Source of the DNA: an uncultured Verrucomicrobiae bacterium
GTDB taxonomy: Bacteria > Chlamydiota > Chlamydiia > Chlamydiales > Rhabdochlamydiaceae
DNA: 64,000 nt
NCBI GenBank assembly: GCA_963806855.1
Contig: CAWDYW010000001.1
Location: 256,001-320,000, forward strand
Reading direction: 5' to 3'
Shown here: one piece after another, positions 50,790-60,097 of the stretch
Layout of the letters: each line of letters begins with the position of its first letter
Numbering within the stretch: position 1 is the stretch's first letter
Translations under genes and position numbers: made by a program
Notes under the pieces: model-generated
What the model was told of the DNA's origin: nothing
The model's database searches: none
What the model saw: the letters and a program-made list of their open reading frames with translations, nothing else

Positions 50790-52439
50790 GTGAGAATGCT
50801 TACAATCATTAAAACGGCAGAAAAAAAGGGTAGAAAGATTAAGTCAAGATCTAATCTTGTTATTGATGGTAAGAGTCTGACGACTTCAGAAATATTTAAA
50901 GCTGTTCATGATTTGGAATTAAAGCTCGCAGTAACAAAAAAAACATTAGAAAATATTGATGAAAATCGTAGGATTTTAACCCAATTTTTAGATGAAAATC
51001 GAGTAATTTATGGTGTAAATACAAGTGTTGGGGGTTTTGTAAATTGGCTGCTTCCTAAAAATAGAGCCAGAAAACTTCAAGAAAATCTGATCGCTGCAGT
51101 TGCAACAAATGTAGGGCCTTATTTTGATGATTCAATTTCTCGCGCTGCGATGCTTGTGCGCTTAAACTCTTTAGCTCGCGGATCCTCTGCGATTTCTTCT
51201 GAAAATTTTAATAAGTTATTGGCGATTTATAATGCTGGTATTATTCCTTGCATTCCATCTAAGGGCTCTCTTGGAGCAAGTGGAGATTTGGGCCCCTTAG
51301 CTTGTATCGCCCTTGTTGCAACAGGAAAATGGAAAGCGAAATACAATGGGAAAATTATCTCTGGTAAAAAGGCGTTAGAGCAAGCTGGGATTGAGCCAAT
51401 GAGATTAGATTTCAAAGAAGGTCTAAGTTTAGTAAATGGTACTTCTGTGATGACAGGGTTAGCTTCAATTTTGATAGAGCAAGTCAGCTCTCTTATTAAA
51501 TCTTATGATATTATCTCATGTCTTACATTTGAAAGTCTGAAGGTCAAGAAAAATCCATTTAATCCTATTGTTCATAAGCAAAAACCTCATCGCGGACAGC
51601 TGCAAACGGCTAAAAACATTTGGAATATTTTAAATGATAGCCAGATGATTGTTGAAGAGGCAGCAGTTGAGGACCAGTTGAAACCACACTTCTCTTCAGA
51701 ACCGACAGCTGCAGATGCTCCCATTGAGGACGCTTATTCAATCAGATGTACCCCTCAAATTATAGGCCCAATTCGAGACACCATTCAATGGGTTAAGGAA
51801 ATAATTACAAATGAAATTAATTCCAGCAACGATAACCCCTTAATTATTTCACAAGTAAAAGAGGTTTTCCACAATGGACATTTCCATGGGCAATATATAT
51901 CTATGGCAATGGATTATCTGGCAATATGTTTAACAACTCTTTCAAATCTATCGGATAGACGTATTGATCGTTTCATGGATCATCATCACAGCAATAAATT
52001 ACCGCCATTTTTATGCAATGAAGAGCCTGGATTTAGACTTGGACTTATGGGTGGTCAATTTATGTCGACTTCTTTGACAGCTGAGAACAGGTCATTGTGT
52101 AATCCATTGTCTATTCAAACTCTCACATCAACAGGAGATTTTCAGGACATTGTCTCTATGGGATTGATTGCAGCGCGGAGAGCGCAAGAGATTTATGAGA
52201 ATACTGTTTATATCTTGTCATTTGAGCTTTTATGTGGAGCTCAAGCTGCGGAAATTCGGAATGCTGAATTACTTAGTTCCCCAACAGGAGAGGTTTTCTC
52301 CATTGTGCGGGAAATTGTGCCATATTTATCTAAAGATGTATGCCTAACTGATTACATTGAAAAACTTGCTCAATTAATTAAATCGGAACGAATTTTAGAT
52401 GCTGTAGAAAGTGCGATGGATAAAAAGATTGCGCTTTAA
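50790..52439 (+). CDS. MIO-dependent phenylalanine ammonia-lyase/aminomutase (EncP/AdmH-like)
   Basis: IYGVNTSVGGF, LQENLIAAVATNVG, MIO tripeptide G-ASG-DL, KEGLSLVNGT, EDAYSIRCTPQ, SNDNPL, GHFHGQY, FQDIVSMG. Confidence 0.9.
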   Translation: MRMLTIIKTAEKKGRKIKSRSNLVIDGKSLTTSEIFKAVHDLELKLAVTKKTLENIDENRRILTQFLDENRVIYGVNTSVGGFVNWLLPKNRARKLQENLIAAVATNVGPYFDDSISRAAMLVRLNSLARGSSAISSENFNKLLAIYNAGIIPCIPSKGSLGASGDLGPLACIALVATGKWKAKYNGKIISGKKALEQAGIEPMRLDFKEGLSLVNGTSVMTGLASILIEQVSSLIKSYDIISCLTFESLKVKKNPFNPIVHKQKPHRGQLQTAKNIWNILNDSQMIVEEAAVEDQLKPHFSSEPTAADAPIEDAYSIRCTPQIIGPIRDTIQWVKEIITNEINSSNDNPLIISQVKEVFHNGHFHGQYISMAMDYLAICLTTLSNLSDRRIDRFMDHHHSNKLPPFLCNEEPGFRLGLMGGQFMSTSLTAENRSLCNPLSIQTLTSTGDFQDIVSMGLIAARRAQEIYENTVYILSFELLCGAQAAEIRNAELLSSPTGEVFSIVREIVPYLSKDVCLTDYIEKLAQLIKSERILDAVESAMDKKIAL

Positions 52440-52498
52440 AGTTATCAAAGTAGCTGTAAGCCAGTAAATTTTTTTGGTCAACTTGATGAGAAAAGGCT

Positions 52499-53297
52499 AT
52501 GAATTCCAAGATCTTGAAAGATGATGCATCGGATCTAGATGCTGATCTTTACACGAAAAATTCTTCCTTGCAAAACAACTTGGCTAAAGAGATTATAGAG
52601 TCCCTTCAGATTGCCCCTAACTCATTGATTTTAGATATAGGCTGTGGTGATGGTAGAATTACTGCGGAGCTCTCAAGATTAGCAAATCAGGGTAGTGTTC
52701 TGGGAATAGATGCTTCCTCGAACATGATAGATTTTGCTCTAATTAATTTTCCAAAAGCAGAATTCCCAAACCTTAATTTCAGGAGAACTATGGCGGAGAG
52801 CCTTGAGCTCAAACAGAAATATGATCACATAGTATCATTCAGCTGCTTCCATTGGTTAAAGGATCCTAGATCAGTTATGCGAAGAATTAGTGCAAATTTG
52901 AAAAAAGGAGGCGAACTATTGATTTTAACCTATCCCAAAGAATCACCTTATTATCGATATTTACAAGCTGCTCTTAAAGATTATCCGAAATATTATCCTC
53001 TTTTCCGCAAATCATGGCATGCTTGCTATTGAAGAGTATAAAAAACTACTTCGAGAGAATAAGTTTGAGATTATCGAGTTTCAGCAGCGAAATTTGATTG
53101 CTTCTTATAATAACTCCGAAGAGTTGCAAGAGTTTATTAAAGGTTGGTTAAATAATTATGTCCCCCTCCCTAAGAATTTATATCCCCAATTTCTTCAAAG
53201 GGTAAAGCGGGCCGTTGTCAATGATCCAACTACGCAGGATGGTAGAAAAATTAACGTGCCTTATACCGCTCTAGTAATCAAAGCGCGTAAATTATAG
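52499..53297 (+). CDS. Tam-like SAM methyltransferase, paralog 1, frameshift in a T run near 53002
   Basis: ILDIGCGDG.IT, GIDASSNMI, SFSCFHW. Deleting one T gives YPLSANHGML..., collinear with the other two paralogs. Confidence 0.85.
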
Positions 53298-53744
53298 ATG
53301 GTATTTAAATCGTATAGTTTTTTATGCCGCACGAATTAAATTCGCGATCTTTGTTCATGTTTTTATAGACTTAACAACGAGCTGAGATTGGAGAAGTTGT
53401 GAATAAGAAAATAATTATTAGTCCTTGACAAGGTGAAAGCACTTAAATCCATTTTCCGCTAGACCTCCAATCAAAAAATCTGCATTATCTGCCAATGCAA
53501 TAAGGTCTGACCTTGCCCCCATCTTTGGTTATGAAATACCCTCTTTGGAACAGGAAATATGTTCTCACTTTGAGAGTTTTTGAAGAAAAAAAATTAATAT
53601 CCTAGTAGCCCCATTTAATGAGGCGGCTCGAGGAACTTTTAATTTGCCTATCTCAGCTTAATATCAGCGGCTTTGACTGAGGTTGTGCCAAAAAAATCTA
53701 TAGGTATGCCTTTCTGCTTTTCTCTTAGGACTTTACATAAAAAT

Positions 53745-53773
53745 TTGACAATTACAGCATTTTTAAATATAAT
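53745..53773 (+). promoter_or_regulatory. Perfect-consensus sigma70/sigma66 promoter
   Basis: TTGACA (53745-53750), 17 bp spacer, TATAAT (53768-53773), 32 bp upstream of ATG 53806. Confidence 0.8.
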
Positions 53774-53805
53774 GTTGGCTATCAATTAAATTTAACGGGT
53801 GTGTT

Positions 53806-54588
53806 ATGGTAGGCATATTAGAATTAGATGCACTTCATTATAAGAACTATTCTATATCTCAATATTCACAAGCTGGACAACTGCTGAAATTAATCGACAT
53901 TCAAGACAATTGCTCTATTCTTGACGTAGGATGTGGTCACGGCAATATTTTAGCAGAATTATCAAGTTTGGTGCCGAATGGGAGGGCTATAGGGATAGAT
54001 GCATCGCACAATATGATTTCTTTAGCTAAGTCCAGTTTTCCTAATGAAATTTACAAGAATCTAATGTTTATGCAGTTAAATGCTGAACAGATGGTTTTTC
54101 CAGAGCAGAGTTTTGATTTAATAATTTGCACAAACGTTCTTATGTGGATTAGAAAGCCTAGGACTGCATTAGATCAAATGTGCTCGTTGCTCAAGCCGAA
54201 TGGTCATATAGTTATTTTTACCTATCCTAATACAACTCCTTACGCAAAACTTTTCGAAAAAACATTAAATTCCTTGTTCCCGGAGTTGCGCAATAAATCA
54301 GCTGCAACAACTATGCTTTCTCCTCGAGAACATAAGGAAATTTTACTTCGCCAAGGTCTAGAAATCATATTATTCAGCATAGAGGATGTTGTTTTTTCCT
54401 ATGAAGATGAAAATGATTTTAAAAACTATGTTCGAGGATGGTTAAATTGTTATGCTCCCATTCCTGAAAACTTTCAAGATACCTTTTTAGATAAAATATG
54501 TGAACAAGCTCGAGAAGAAGGTTACTGCGATCGTTCTGGTAGATTCTCAATCCCCCATCAAACCATCAGAATTGTAGCTAAAAAATAA
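53806..54588 (+). CDS. Tam-like SAM methyltransferase, paralog 2
   Basis: LDA..Y, ILDVGCGHG, GIDASHNMI, VLMWIR.P, Y.RGWL..Y.PIPE. Confidence 0.88.
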   Translation: MVGILELDALHYKNYSISQYSQAGQLLKLIDIQDNCSILDVGCGHGNILAELSSLVPNGRAIGIDASHNMISLAKSSFPNEIYKNLMFMQLNAEQMVFPEQSFDLIICTNVLMWIRKPRTALDQMCSLLKPNGHIVIFTYPNTTPYAKLFEKTLNSLFPELRNKSAATTMLSPREHKEILLRQGLEIILFSIEDVVFSYEDENDFKNYVRGWLNCYAPIPENFQDTFLDKICEQAREEGYCDRSGRFSIPHQTIRIVAKK

Positions 54589-54601
54589 CAGCATTAAAAG
54601 A

Positions 54602-56086
54602 TCAATATAAAATTGCTTGTTGTGCCAGCTTTTTCCTGTCGATTTTTCCATTCTTTGTCATGGGCCACTTTTTTACCTCTATGAAAGATGAGGGCACCAT
54701 ATATGAGGGTAAAGTATTCGTTAAATACTCTTCTAAATTATGCAGGTTCAACTGCATTTCCTTCGAGGAATAAAAAACAATTATTTTCCTTTCCCTGACA
54801 GTTGCAATTGCTTTATCTATTCCCTGAAATCCTGAAACTTGGGACTCGATTTCTTCTAGCTCTACTCTATGTCCGTAGATTTTAACTTGAAAGTCTTTTC
54901 TTCCTGTAAATACAATATCGCCATTGGGTAATTGATAACCTATATCCCCTGTCTTGAATAATTTTATGGGATGTTTTTCCAGATTGTGGCAATAAATGAA
55001 CCTCTCGCGCGTCAAAAGCTGGTTATTCAAGTAACCTTCAGCCAAACCAGGGCCTCCCACAAAAAACTCACCTTTTGCACCAAGGGGTACAGATTTTAAT
55101 CTAGAGTCAAGGATATAAATTTTGTTGCTCGAGAAGCATTTCCCAATAGTGATTTTATTTTTATGGTTTTTAATGCAATCATAAATTATCGCAATAGTGG
55201 TTCCAATTGCATATTCAGATGGGCCATAGGTATTGTGCAAATTTGCATTTATCGCGATTCCAATATGCTTGTCCACCAGTGAGCCAGCAATCATTTCTCC
55301 ACAAAGATAGACGTTTCTAATAGAGGGGAGTTTAGCGGCGCTATCTAACAGATTAGTGTAAAATGACGGGGTAGATAGAATGAAGTCAATCGAGTTTTCC
55401 TCTATGTTCCTTACAATTTCCTTAAAGTTTTTCATGTCTATATTTCCTCTATTGTCAACTAAAGAAATTTTACCTCCTAGAAGAAGAGCGTGGATAATTA
55501 TAAGTATACTTGGATCAAAGCTTATGCTACCAGTCAGTAATGACATAGGCTTCTCAGGATGTACTTCTGAAAATGCAGTGGCCGCATGGCTTAATGAAGC
55601 GTGCGTAACAACAATACCTTTAGGCATTCCTGTAGAACCTGAGGTATAGATGATATATGCAACTTGTTCTGGTAAAGCGTCAGGCAAGTTTGTAGATTGT
55701 TCGCATAAAAGTTCATCATTTAAGTAAAAAACTTTTCCATTGAAATCAGAAAAAATATTCTCTATTCCTTCTTCGAGCACTAAAACCTTCGCCTGAGAAT
55801 CTAAAATCATATGCCGGATCCTTTTTATGGGATAATTTGGGTCTAAAGGCAAATAGACTCCTCCAGCTTTTAAAATTCCAAGAAATCCTACAATAAGATA
55901 TAAACTATTATAAAATACGAGGCCAATTACATCCCCGGGTTTAACTCCCTTAAATATCAAATTTTTTGCTAGCAAAGAAGATCGATTTTCCAATTCCTGA
56001 TATGTTAATGATCTATTCCCATACACTACAGCTATGTCAGCTGGATTTTGTTCTGCCCTAGATGAAAATAACTTACAGAAATCCAT
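54602..56086 (-). CDS. Stand-alone NRPS adenylation domain
   Basis: LTYQEL, LKAGGVYLPLDP.YP, YIIYTSGSTGMPKG, SFD, NTYGPSE, GE..VGG.GLA.GY, FKTGD, GRKDFQVKIYGHRVELEEIE, LPSYMVP, NGKIDR. No T domain. Confidence 0.92.
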   Translation of the reverse strand: MDFCKLFSSRAEQNPADIAVVYGNRSLTYQELENRSSLLAKNLIFKGVKPGDVIGLVFYNSLYLIVGFLGILKAGGVYLPLDPNYPIKRIRHMILDSQAKVLVLEEGIENIFSDFNGKVFYLNDELLCEQSTNLPDALPEQVAYIIYTSGSTGMPKGIVVTHASLSHAATAFSEVHPEKPMSLLTGSISFDPSILIIIHALLLGGKISLVDNRGNIDMKNFKEIVRNIEENSIDFILSTPSFYTNLLDSAAKLPSIRNVYLCGEMIAGSLVDKHIGIAINANLHNTYGPSEYAIGTTIAIIYDCIKNHKNKITIGKCFSSNKIYILDSRLKSVPLGAKGEFFVGGPGLAEGYLNNQLLTRERFIYCHNLEKHPIKLFKTGDIGYQLPNGDIVFTGRKDFQVKIYGHRVELEEIESQVSGFQGIDKAIATVRERKIIVFYSSKEMQLNLHNLEEYLTNTLPSYMVPSSFIEVKKWPMTKNGKIDRKKLAQQAILY

Positions 56087-56113
56087 ATTTTTCTCCCCCT
56101 ATCTAGCCAAAGT

Positions 56114-56887
56114 GATGAATTAGCAGTTTCAAGGGAATTATAAGTCCTTTCGAAGGAAATCTCAACCCCCACAGATTCTCCAATAGAAGACACATATTCT
56201 ATTCGATGTACACCGCATATTATTGGTCCCATTCGAGATACCCTAAAATGGATTCGGTAGATTATTAACAATGAGATCAATTCGAGCAATGATAACCCTT
56301 TAGTCCTTGCTGAAAGCCAAGAAATCTTTGATAATGGACATTTCCATGGCCAATATAGCTCTATGGCGATGGATTATCTAGGAATTTGCTTGACTACATT
56401 ATCGAATCTTTCGGATCGATTTATGGACAGTCATCATAACAATGGTCTTCCCCCATTCCTGTGCAAAGAAAAACCAGGTCTGCGGTTTGGGCTCATGGGA
56501 GGGCAATTTATGGCAATATCCTTAACTGCCGAGAATCGCTCTCTGTGTAATCCTATCTCAATACAATCCCTTACCTCTACGGGAGATTTCCAGGATATTG
56601 TTTCATTAGGTCTAATTGCTGCTCGGCGCGCTCGGGAAATCTATGAGAATGCAGCTTATATTTTATCCTTAGAGCTTCTTTGAGGAGATCAAGCGGCAGA
56701 AATCCGAGCTGATAAACTTTTAAGCACCGGGACAAAACGAGCATTTTTACTGGTGCGCGAGTTAGTCCCATATCTCTCCAAAGATGAATGTCTCACTGAC
56801 CATCTGGAAAATTTGTCAAATTTGATAAAATCAGGTAAGCTCCTAAGAGAAATCGAAAATTCCATAGGCAGAGAACTCATATTGTAA
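56114..56887 (+). pseudogene. Degraded 3' half of a second ammonia-lyase/aminomutase copy
   Basis: In one frame: PIEDTYSIRCTPHIIGPIRD, SNDNPL, GHFHGQY, TGDFQDIVS. In-frame stops at ~56141, 56258 and 56681, a small in-frame deletion (SDRFMD versus SDRRIDRFMD), and the 5' half with the MIO motif is absent. Confidence 0.9.
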
Positions 56888-56906
56888 ATACAAAGAGAGA
56901 GATAAT

Positions 56907-57695
56907 ATGCCAGCGAAGAAACCAACAGATCTGGATGCTCATCATTATCGCAATAATTCTGAACAGCAGTATGCTCGAGCTCACGAATTGTTAGTCCCAG
57001 AGCTTTTTGAGGAGACTGATAAAGTGTTAGACGTTGGATGTGGTGATGGTAGAATTTCGGCGGATATTGCTGATTGGGTCCCCAAGGGTAGAGTAGTCGG
57101 TGTAGATTCTTCATCGAATATGATACGCCTTGCTCAAGCATCTTTTCCAACTGCAAAGTTCCCAAACTTAGAATTTTGTCTAGGAAAAGCAGAAGAACTG
57201 TCTTTTGAAGAGCAGTTTGATAAGATTGTATGCTTCAATTGTCTACTTTGGGTTCGTGAACCAAAGAGGGCTTTAGAAAAGATGTGTGCGGCACTAAAAC
57301 CAGGGGGAAAGCTGTTCATTTTAACATATCTTAAAGAATCTTCATATGTTGATTTTTTCGAGGAAACATTAATCAATTTCCCTCAGTATAAAAAATTCTC
57401 TGCAGCTTATACTATGCTTTCTGTCGAAAGCTATAAGAATATACTGCAATCCAATAAGTTAGAGTTAGAAAAATGTGTTATTCAAGATTTAATTTCGATA
57501 TTTAAAAGCCGAGAAGAATTGAGAGATTACATCAAAGGCTGGTTATGTAGTTATGTGCCTATCCCAGAAGAAATACAGGAATCATTTCTTGATTTGGCTA
57601 TAGAGAATGCTGTATTGTATTCTGCGCAAAATATAAATGTCTCTATTAACATTCAATATAAATCTCTAATTATTCAAGCAAAAAATCCAGATTAA
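56907..57695 (+). CDS. Tam-like SAM methyltransferase, paralog 3
   Basis: DLDA..Y..NS, VLDVGCGDGRIS, GVDSSSNMI, CLLWVREP, YIKGWL.SYVPIPE. Confidence 0.88.
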   Translation: MPAKKPTDLDAHHYRNNSEQQYARAHELLVPELFEETDKVLDVGCGDGRISADIADWVPKGRVVGVDSSSNMIRLAQASFPTAKFPNLEFCLGKAEELSFEEQFDKIVCFNCLLWVREPKRALEKMCAALKPGGKLFILTYLKESSYVDFFEETLINFPQYKKFSAAYTMLSVESYKNILQSNKLELEKCVIQDLISIFKSREELRDYIKGWLCSYVPIPEEIQESFLDLAIENAVLYSAQNINVSINIQYKSLIIQAKNPD

Positions 57696-57740
57696 TAATA
57701 TCATAAATTTGGATATCAAAATTAGGTGGAATTTTATTGC

Positions 57741-57965
57741 CTTGAATTCGCGAGCAATCATGCAGAAAGAGATCTTAGGGGAATTGTGATTACATGAAAA
57801 ATCAGCTATGGCTCTAAGGGTGAACAAGGGGATCGGTTCATTGATACCCTCAAAAAACTGGTGAAAAAATGCTCAGATTATCTCGAGGCAGTTCTTAAAG
57901 CGAGGAAGACTGGGCGGTCAGCTCCCCGTATTTTTAGCTAACTGCTATACCCTCTGAACATTTAC
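57741..57965 (+). mobile_element. IS66-family transposase remnant (3' end and right terminus)
   Basis: Translates LEFASNHAERDLRGIVIT*KISYGSKGEQGDRF..., matching the NxAERxLR...K motif of IS66 transposases. Ends ...ctgaacattTAC, the TTAC-3' end typical of IS66. Confidence 0.75.
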
Positions 57966-58159
57966 GACAGAAGGAGGGAGACGAAAAGGACTAGTAGGGA
58001 CAAGAAAAGTTAGTATCCAAGATAGAAACCGAGCTAGAGCGAAGAGGTGAAAGGTAAACCTTCAGCATCAAGATGGAAAAAAATAAAATATGTCGGTAAA
58101 AGACAGAATAATATCCCTGAAAGGGGTATGATTTGTCTAATAGGATAAGCCGGTAGTGC

Positions 58160-59395
58160 GTGAGTAGTAATGAGAGCGAACTGATAAAAACGATGAAAAT
58201 CCCCATTCCGTATTTGTCATTGGCGCTTTTTTTTATATTGGCTGATATTATTTGCGATAATTATATATTTAGAGCGTTCAATACCCAATCAGCATTTTAC
58301 GCATTTTTTTTATTTTTGGGTTTGTCGGCCATGCAAATTTTCGCTTCGCCTATACAAGCTGGTATTTCCGATCGTAGAAGAAAGCAAAGTTTAATATTCT
58401 CTCTTTCATGTTCGCTTCTTGCGCTTTTTCTTCTTTATTTTTTTAAGGAAAAACCTATTGTATTTCCATCGATCTTAATTTTGATTTTATTAATAAAAGG
58501 GGGGCTTGGCAATACTACGCCATTAGCTTGGTCTGCCATCGCAGATATAAGAGAAAAAAATTATAGATTTTCATTTGGCTTGTCAACTTCTTCATTTGCG
58601 ATCGCATATCTACTTTTGAGTCTGGCAAATAAAATGATAACAGAAAATGAGGCTGTTTTTATTGTCATTTGTTTATTTTCTGTGTTAATTTTATTAGGGT
58701 GCGCGATTTTCAAGAATATTCATCATGGGGCTAATCCTGAGGTAGGCTCTGCAAAAATATTGAATGTAAATTTGTTTACAAAGGAAATAAAATTAACCTG
58801 GAGAGAGCTAAAAAATAAATATACTAGAAATGGTCTTTTAGCATTTATTTTATGGGAAATTTCCCTTTATAGCGTCCTTTTACTATATGTTGATTTTTCT
58901 GTAACCCAATTTTCTTCTACCGCGATCGCAATGATGTCTGGGTATATAACCGGGGTTATTATATTAAAATTTGTAAATAAATTAAATGATTTTACGCTGA
59001 TTAGGCTTGGATATTATTTGTCTACATTTTCACTTGTTCCTTTTTTATTTTTATTGCCATTTGTTGATCAAATTAATTTCATTTTTCTGGCAGCCTGCTA
59101 TTTTTTGCACACGCTAGGAAATGCATTTCTATGTCCAACTTTTTTTTCGATTTTAGCAAAAGAGAAAAAGCTCGAAGATCAAGGGATAACTTATGGATTA
59201 GTAGGATCCGCAGACACTATTGCTTTTTTAATAGCTTCCATAGCGGTAAGAATTTATAATATTTTAAATATCAACTTAGTATATATAATTCTGCTGTCTT
59301 TCTTTACAGTAGCTATATCATGGATTCCATATAAAAGATTTGAGAATTTAAGGCTGAAATCTATTAAAAATGATGATGAAGTCAAGGAAGATTAA
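58160..59395 (+). CDS. MFS transporter (probable exporter)
   Basis: About 12 TM segments, SPIQAGISDRRRK loop, QGITYGLVGS. Start may be ATG 58193. Confidence 0.8.
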   Translation: MSSNESELIKTMKIPIPYLSLALFFILADIICDNYIFRAFNTQSAFYAFFLFLGLSAMQIFASPIQAGISDRRRKQSLIFSLSCSLLALFLLYFFKEKPIVFPSILILILLIKGGLGNTTPLAWSAIADIREKNYRFSFGLSTSSFAIAYLLLSLANKMITENEAVFIVICLFSVLILLGCAIFKNIHHGANPEVGSAKILNVNLFTKEIKLTWRELKNKYTRNGLLAFILWEISLYSVLLLYVDFSVTQFSSTAIAMMSGYITGVIILKFVNKLNDFTLIRLGYYLSTFSLVPFLFLLPFVDQINFIFLAACYFLHTLGNAFLCPTFFSILAKEKKLEDQGITYGLVGSADTIAFLIASIAVRIYNILNINLVYIILLSFFTVAISWIPYKRFENLRLKSIKNDDEVKED

Positions 59396-59463
59396 TTTAG
59401 TTATAGTAGTGAAAAAAAATAAAGTTCAATTTTTTAATCAAAAACTCAGCGAATTGAGGGCGG

Positions 59464-59874
59464 ATGTCAAAAGATAGGATATTGGGAACTTGGTCATTAG
59501 TCTCATATATAATATTAAGATCTGAAAACAAAGAAAAAATTTATCCATATGGAAAAAATCCAATAGGCATTCTTATTTATACGTTGCAAGATGTCTCCGT
59601 CCACATTATGCGATCAGAGCGCATTCAAAAAAACGATCTCACGGACATCAAAATCGAGGCAGCTGATAATTATGGAGGATATGTCGGGAGTTATAAAATT
59701 GAAGGAAATACTATTATTCATTATCCAAAGATTGCAAGTTTTATAAATTACCTCGGGATCCCGCAAGTCAGGGGGTTTAATCTCCAGGATGATCTTTTGA
59801 TCATTGAGTATTCATCGTATGAAGATCATGAGGAAATTCACTCTGAGCTTATTTGGGAAAGAGTCGGACAATAA
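59464..59874 (+). CDS. Lipocalin-like domain protein (Lipocalin_5 type)
   Basis: LGTWSLVSY, YPYGKNPIGILIYT, Y.G.Y.IEG..IIH, QVR, LIWERV. Confidence 0.75.
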   Translation: MSKDRILGTWSLVSYIILRSENKEKIYPYGKNPIGILIYTLQDVSVHIMRSERIQKNDLTDIKIEAADNYGGYVGSYKIEGNTIIHYPKIASFINYLGIPQVRGFNLQDDLLIIEYSSYEDHEEIHSELIWERVGQ

Positions 59875-60036
59875 GCATTGACATTTGATGTCCACACTCT
59901 GACATAGTTAAATCTTTATATTAAAAAGTAATTAATGCAATGCGTGTAAGTTATTTGCGAAATGTTTCACTTTTAGATTAATAAAGAATGTGTTAATAAA
60001 ATATTAAAAAATTTAACCTTTGAATTGAGAAAAAAT

Positions 60037-60065
60037 TTGGAAAAATGAGGAAAAAAAGCTATAAT
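60037..60065 (+). promoter_or_regulatory. Sigma70/sigma66-type promoter of the NRPS-PKS operon
   Basis: TTGGAA, 17 bp spacer, TATAAT. RBS AAGGAG at 60086-60091 before ATG 60098. Confidence 0.55.
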
Positions 60066-60097
60066 AGATGTTAAATCATCTTTTCAAGGAGAATGCA

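Noticed and set aside
50790..52439. Annotation as histidine ammonia-lyase hutH
   Set aside because: Lacks the HAL SH specificity motif (has AV), no hut operon, and sits in a biosynthetic context.
53300..53740. Long intergenic stretch as a decayed gene or ncRNA
   Set aside because: No convincing reading frame, protein motif or stable structure recognised by eye.
56363..56683. 106-aa ORF as a functional small protein
   Set aside because: It is the inter-stop fragment of the decayed lyase duplicate.
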